Below are positions 62,676 through 64,000 of a stretch of DNA of 64,000 nucleotides, piece after piece. This DNA is from an uncultured Solirubrobacterales bacterium. GTDB taxonomy: Bacteria; Actinomycetota; Thermoleophilia; Solirubrobacterales; 70-9. A program made the translations under genes and the position numbers. The notes below the pieces were generated by a model. That model was not told the DNA's origin and did no database searches. It saw only the letters and a program-made list of their open reading frames with translations. The stretch lies in contig CAVRGT010000001.1 in assembly GCA_963720805.1 (NCBI GenBank), forward strand, positions 170,187-234,186, in the 5' to 3' direction. Numbering within the stretch: the first letter of the stretch is position 1; every line of letters begins with the position of its first letter.

Positions 62676-64000
62676 TCAGCGGGCGCCGACCAGCTCCGGC
62701 GCGGGGGCGGGCGGCGGCTCGGCCGGCGGGGTGGCCGGCCGGCGGCGCAGGAAGCGCGGCGCCCACCAGTTCGCGTCGCCGAGCAGCGTCATCACCGACG
62801 GCAGCACCACCGCCCGGATGATCGTCGCGTCCAGCAGGATCGCCGCCGCCAGGCCGACGCCGAGCTGCTTCATGTCGATCGTGCTGAGCGTGGCGAAGAT
62901 CGAGAACACCGCCGACCATCACGATCGCCGCGCTCGTCACCATGCCGGCCGAGGCGGTGATGCCGTGCGCCACCGCCTCCCGGTTGGGCACGCCGCGGTC
63001 GACCGCCTCGCGGATCCGGCTGACCACGAAGACGTGGTAGTCCATCGACAGGCCGAACAGCACCACGAACAGGAACAGCGGCAGCCAGGTGACGATCGCG
63101 CCCATCGAGGTGAAGCCGAGCAGCCCCTCCGCCCAGTGGTTCTGGAAGACCAGCACCAGCAGGCCGTACGCGGCGGCCGGCGGAGAGCAGGTTGAGCAGG
63201 ATCGAGGTCAGCGCGACGACCACCGACCGGAACGTCCAGCGCCATCACCAGGAACGTCAGCGCCAGCACGAACGCGACCACGAACGGCAGCTTGTGCCCG
63301 ATGTGGTCGGCGTAGTCCTCGCTGGCGGCGACGCCGCCGCCGACCGCGTACTCCTCGCCGGGGATGCCGCCGAGCGCGGCCGGCACCAGCTTCGCGCGCA
63401 GCTCGTGCAGCGACTCGGCGGCCTCGTCGGCTGCGGCCGGCGAACGGGGTGGCGACCTCCAGCGCGACGACCTCCGGTCGGCCGACACGTCGATCTTCGG
63501 GCCGTGGCCTCGAGCCGGCGCGAAGAGCGGGTCGCGCTGGCGTGCCGCGGGCCAGGTCGGTCAGCGCCGGCCTGGACCGCGGTCGGCCTGGCTCGCCGGC
63601 GCCTCGACGGCCACCAGGTGGCTGGTGCCGTTGCTCGGGAACGCCGCGGCGAGCCGGTCGTACGCCTGCATGGCCGGGGTGGTGCGCGGCAGGTCCTCGG
63701 TCCCGGGAACTTCAGCTTCATGCCCGAGCGCCGGGGCGGCCAGCGCGAGCAGCAGCGCCGACCGAGACGGCGAGGGTGGCCGCCGGGTGCTCGCAGCGCC
63801 GGGCGCAGCACGCCGGCCAGAACCGCGGCCGGCGCCGGCCGCGCGCCGGCGGGCGGTGAGGCGCCAGAGCAGCGGCACCCGGGGCCGGTCGACCCAGCGG
63901 CCCAGCTTGGCCAGCAGCGCCGGCAGCACGGTCAGCGAGCCGATCACGGCGACCGCGACGACCAGGATCGAGCCGACGGCCAGCGACGAGAACGTCGCGT
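62676..64000 (-). pseudogene. MMPL/RND-superfamily membrane transporter, C-terminal half, multiply frameshifted; continues past the window end
   Basis: MMPL-type segments lie in alternating minus frames: IGSLTVLPALLAKLGRWVD; KLPFVVAFVLALTFLVMAL; VVALTSILLNLLSA; LVFQNHWAEGLLGFTSMGAIVTWLPLFLFVVLFGLSMDYHVFVVSRIREA; FSIFATLSTIDMKQLGVGLAAAILLDATIIRAVVLPSVMTLLGDANWW. Confidence 0.8.

Overview
This is a roughly 70% GC, actinobacterial-type chromosome segment; I cannot name the species, though gene order and protein sequences resemble deep-branching Actinobacteria. Most of it is conserved housekeeping synteny, nearly all on the + strand. The order is: a SAM-riboswitch-controlled ThrC-like gene plus sulfur carrier; rfbF and a dehydratase; vapBC; an SRAP peptidase; tRNA-Arg, an IS982-like IS and rnz; pyrR-pyrB-pyrC-carA-carB-pyrK/pyrD; mihF-gmk-rpoZ-coaBC; rimP-nusA-infB-rbfA-nrnA-truB-ribF-rpsO; pnp, an M16 peptidase, dapB-dapA-rnj; a two-component system; ftsK-cinA; thpR-recA; and miaB-miaA-dapF-dapL. 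The window ends with hipBA and decayed MBL, MFS and MMPL genes. Four things stand out. (1) There is a dense population of palindromic hairpin repeats at cistron boundaries. Several are read through as protein: an ~82-bp repeat forms the PyrK-PyrD linker, a perfect 51-nt palindrome is an exact 17-codon insertion in pyrK, and palindromes are translated as the C-terminal tails of carB and rfbF. The only parallel I know is the Rickettsia palindromic elements. (2) A SAM-I riboswitch sits in front of a threonine-synthase-like gene that is translationally coupled to a ThiS/MoaD-type GG-terminated protein, which suggests homocysteine or methionine synthesis rather than threonine synthesis. (3) The DapF homologue has Ser at both catalytic Cys positions. 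(4) There are many frameshifts and one in-frame stop. They are isolated in core genes (DAGK, carB, ribF, dapF, dapL) and very dense over the last ~5 kb (hipA, MBL, MFS, MMPL). From the sequence alone I cannot tell real decay from assembly error. The left edge carries a mobile-element scar: an integrase remnant, an IS-end remnant and a duplicated DAGK gene fragment. No CRISPR array and no rRNA were seen; one tRNA was found. All coordinates come from manual reading of the sequence and the ORF track, and no database search was run.
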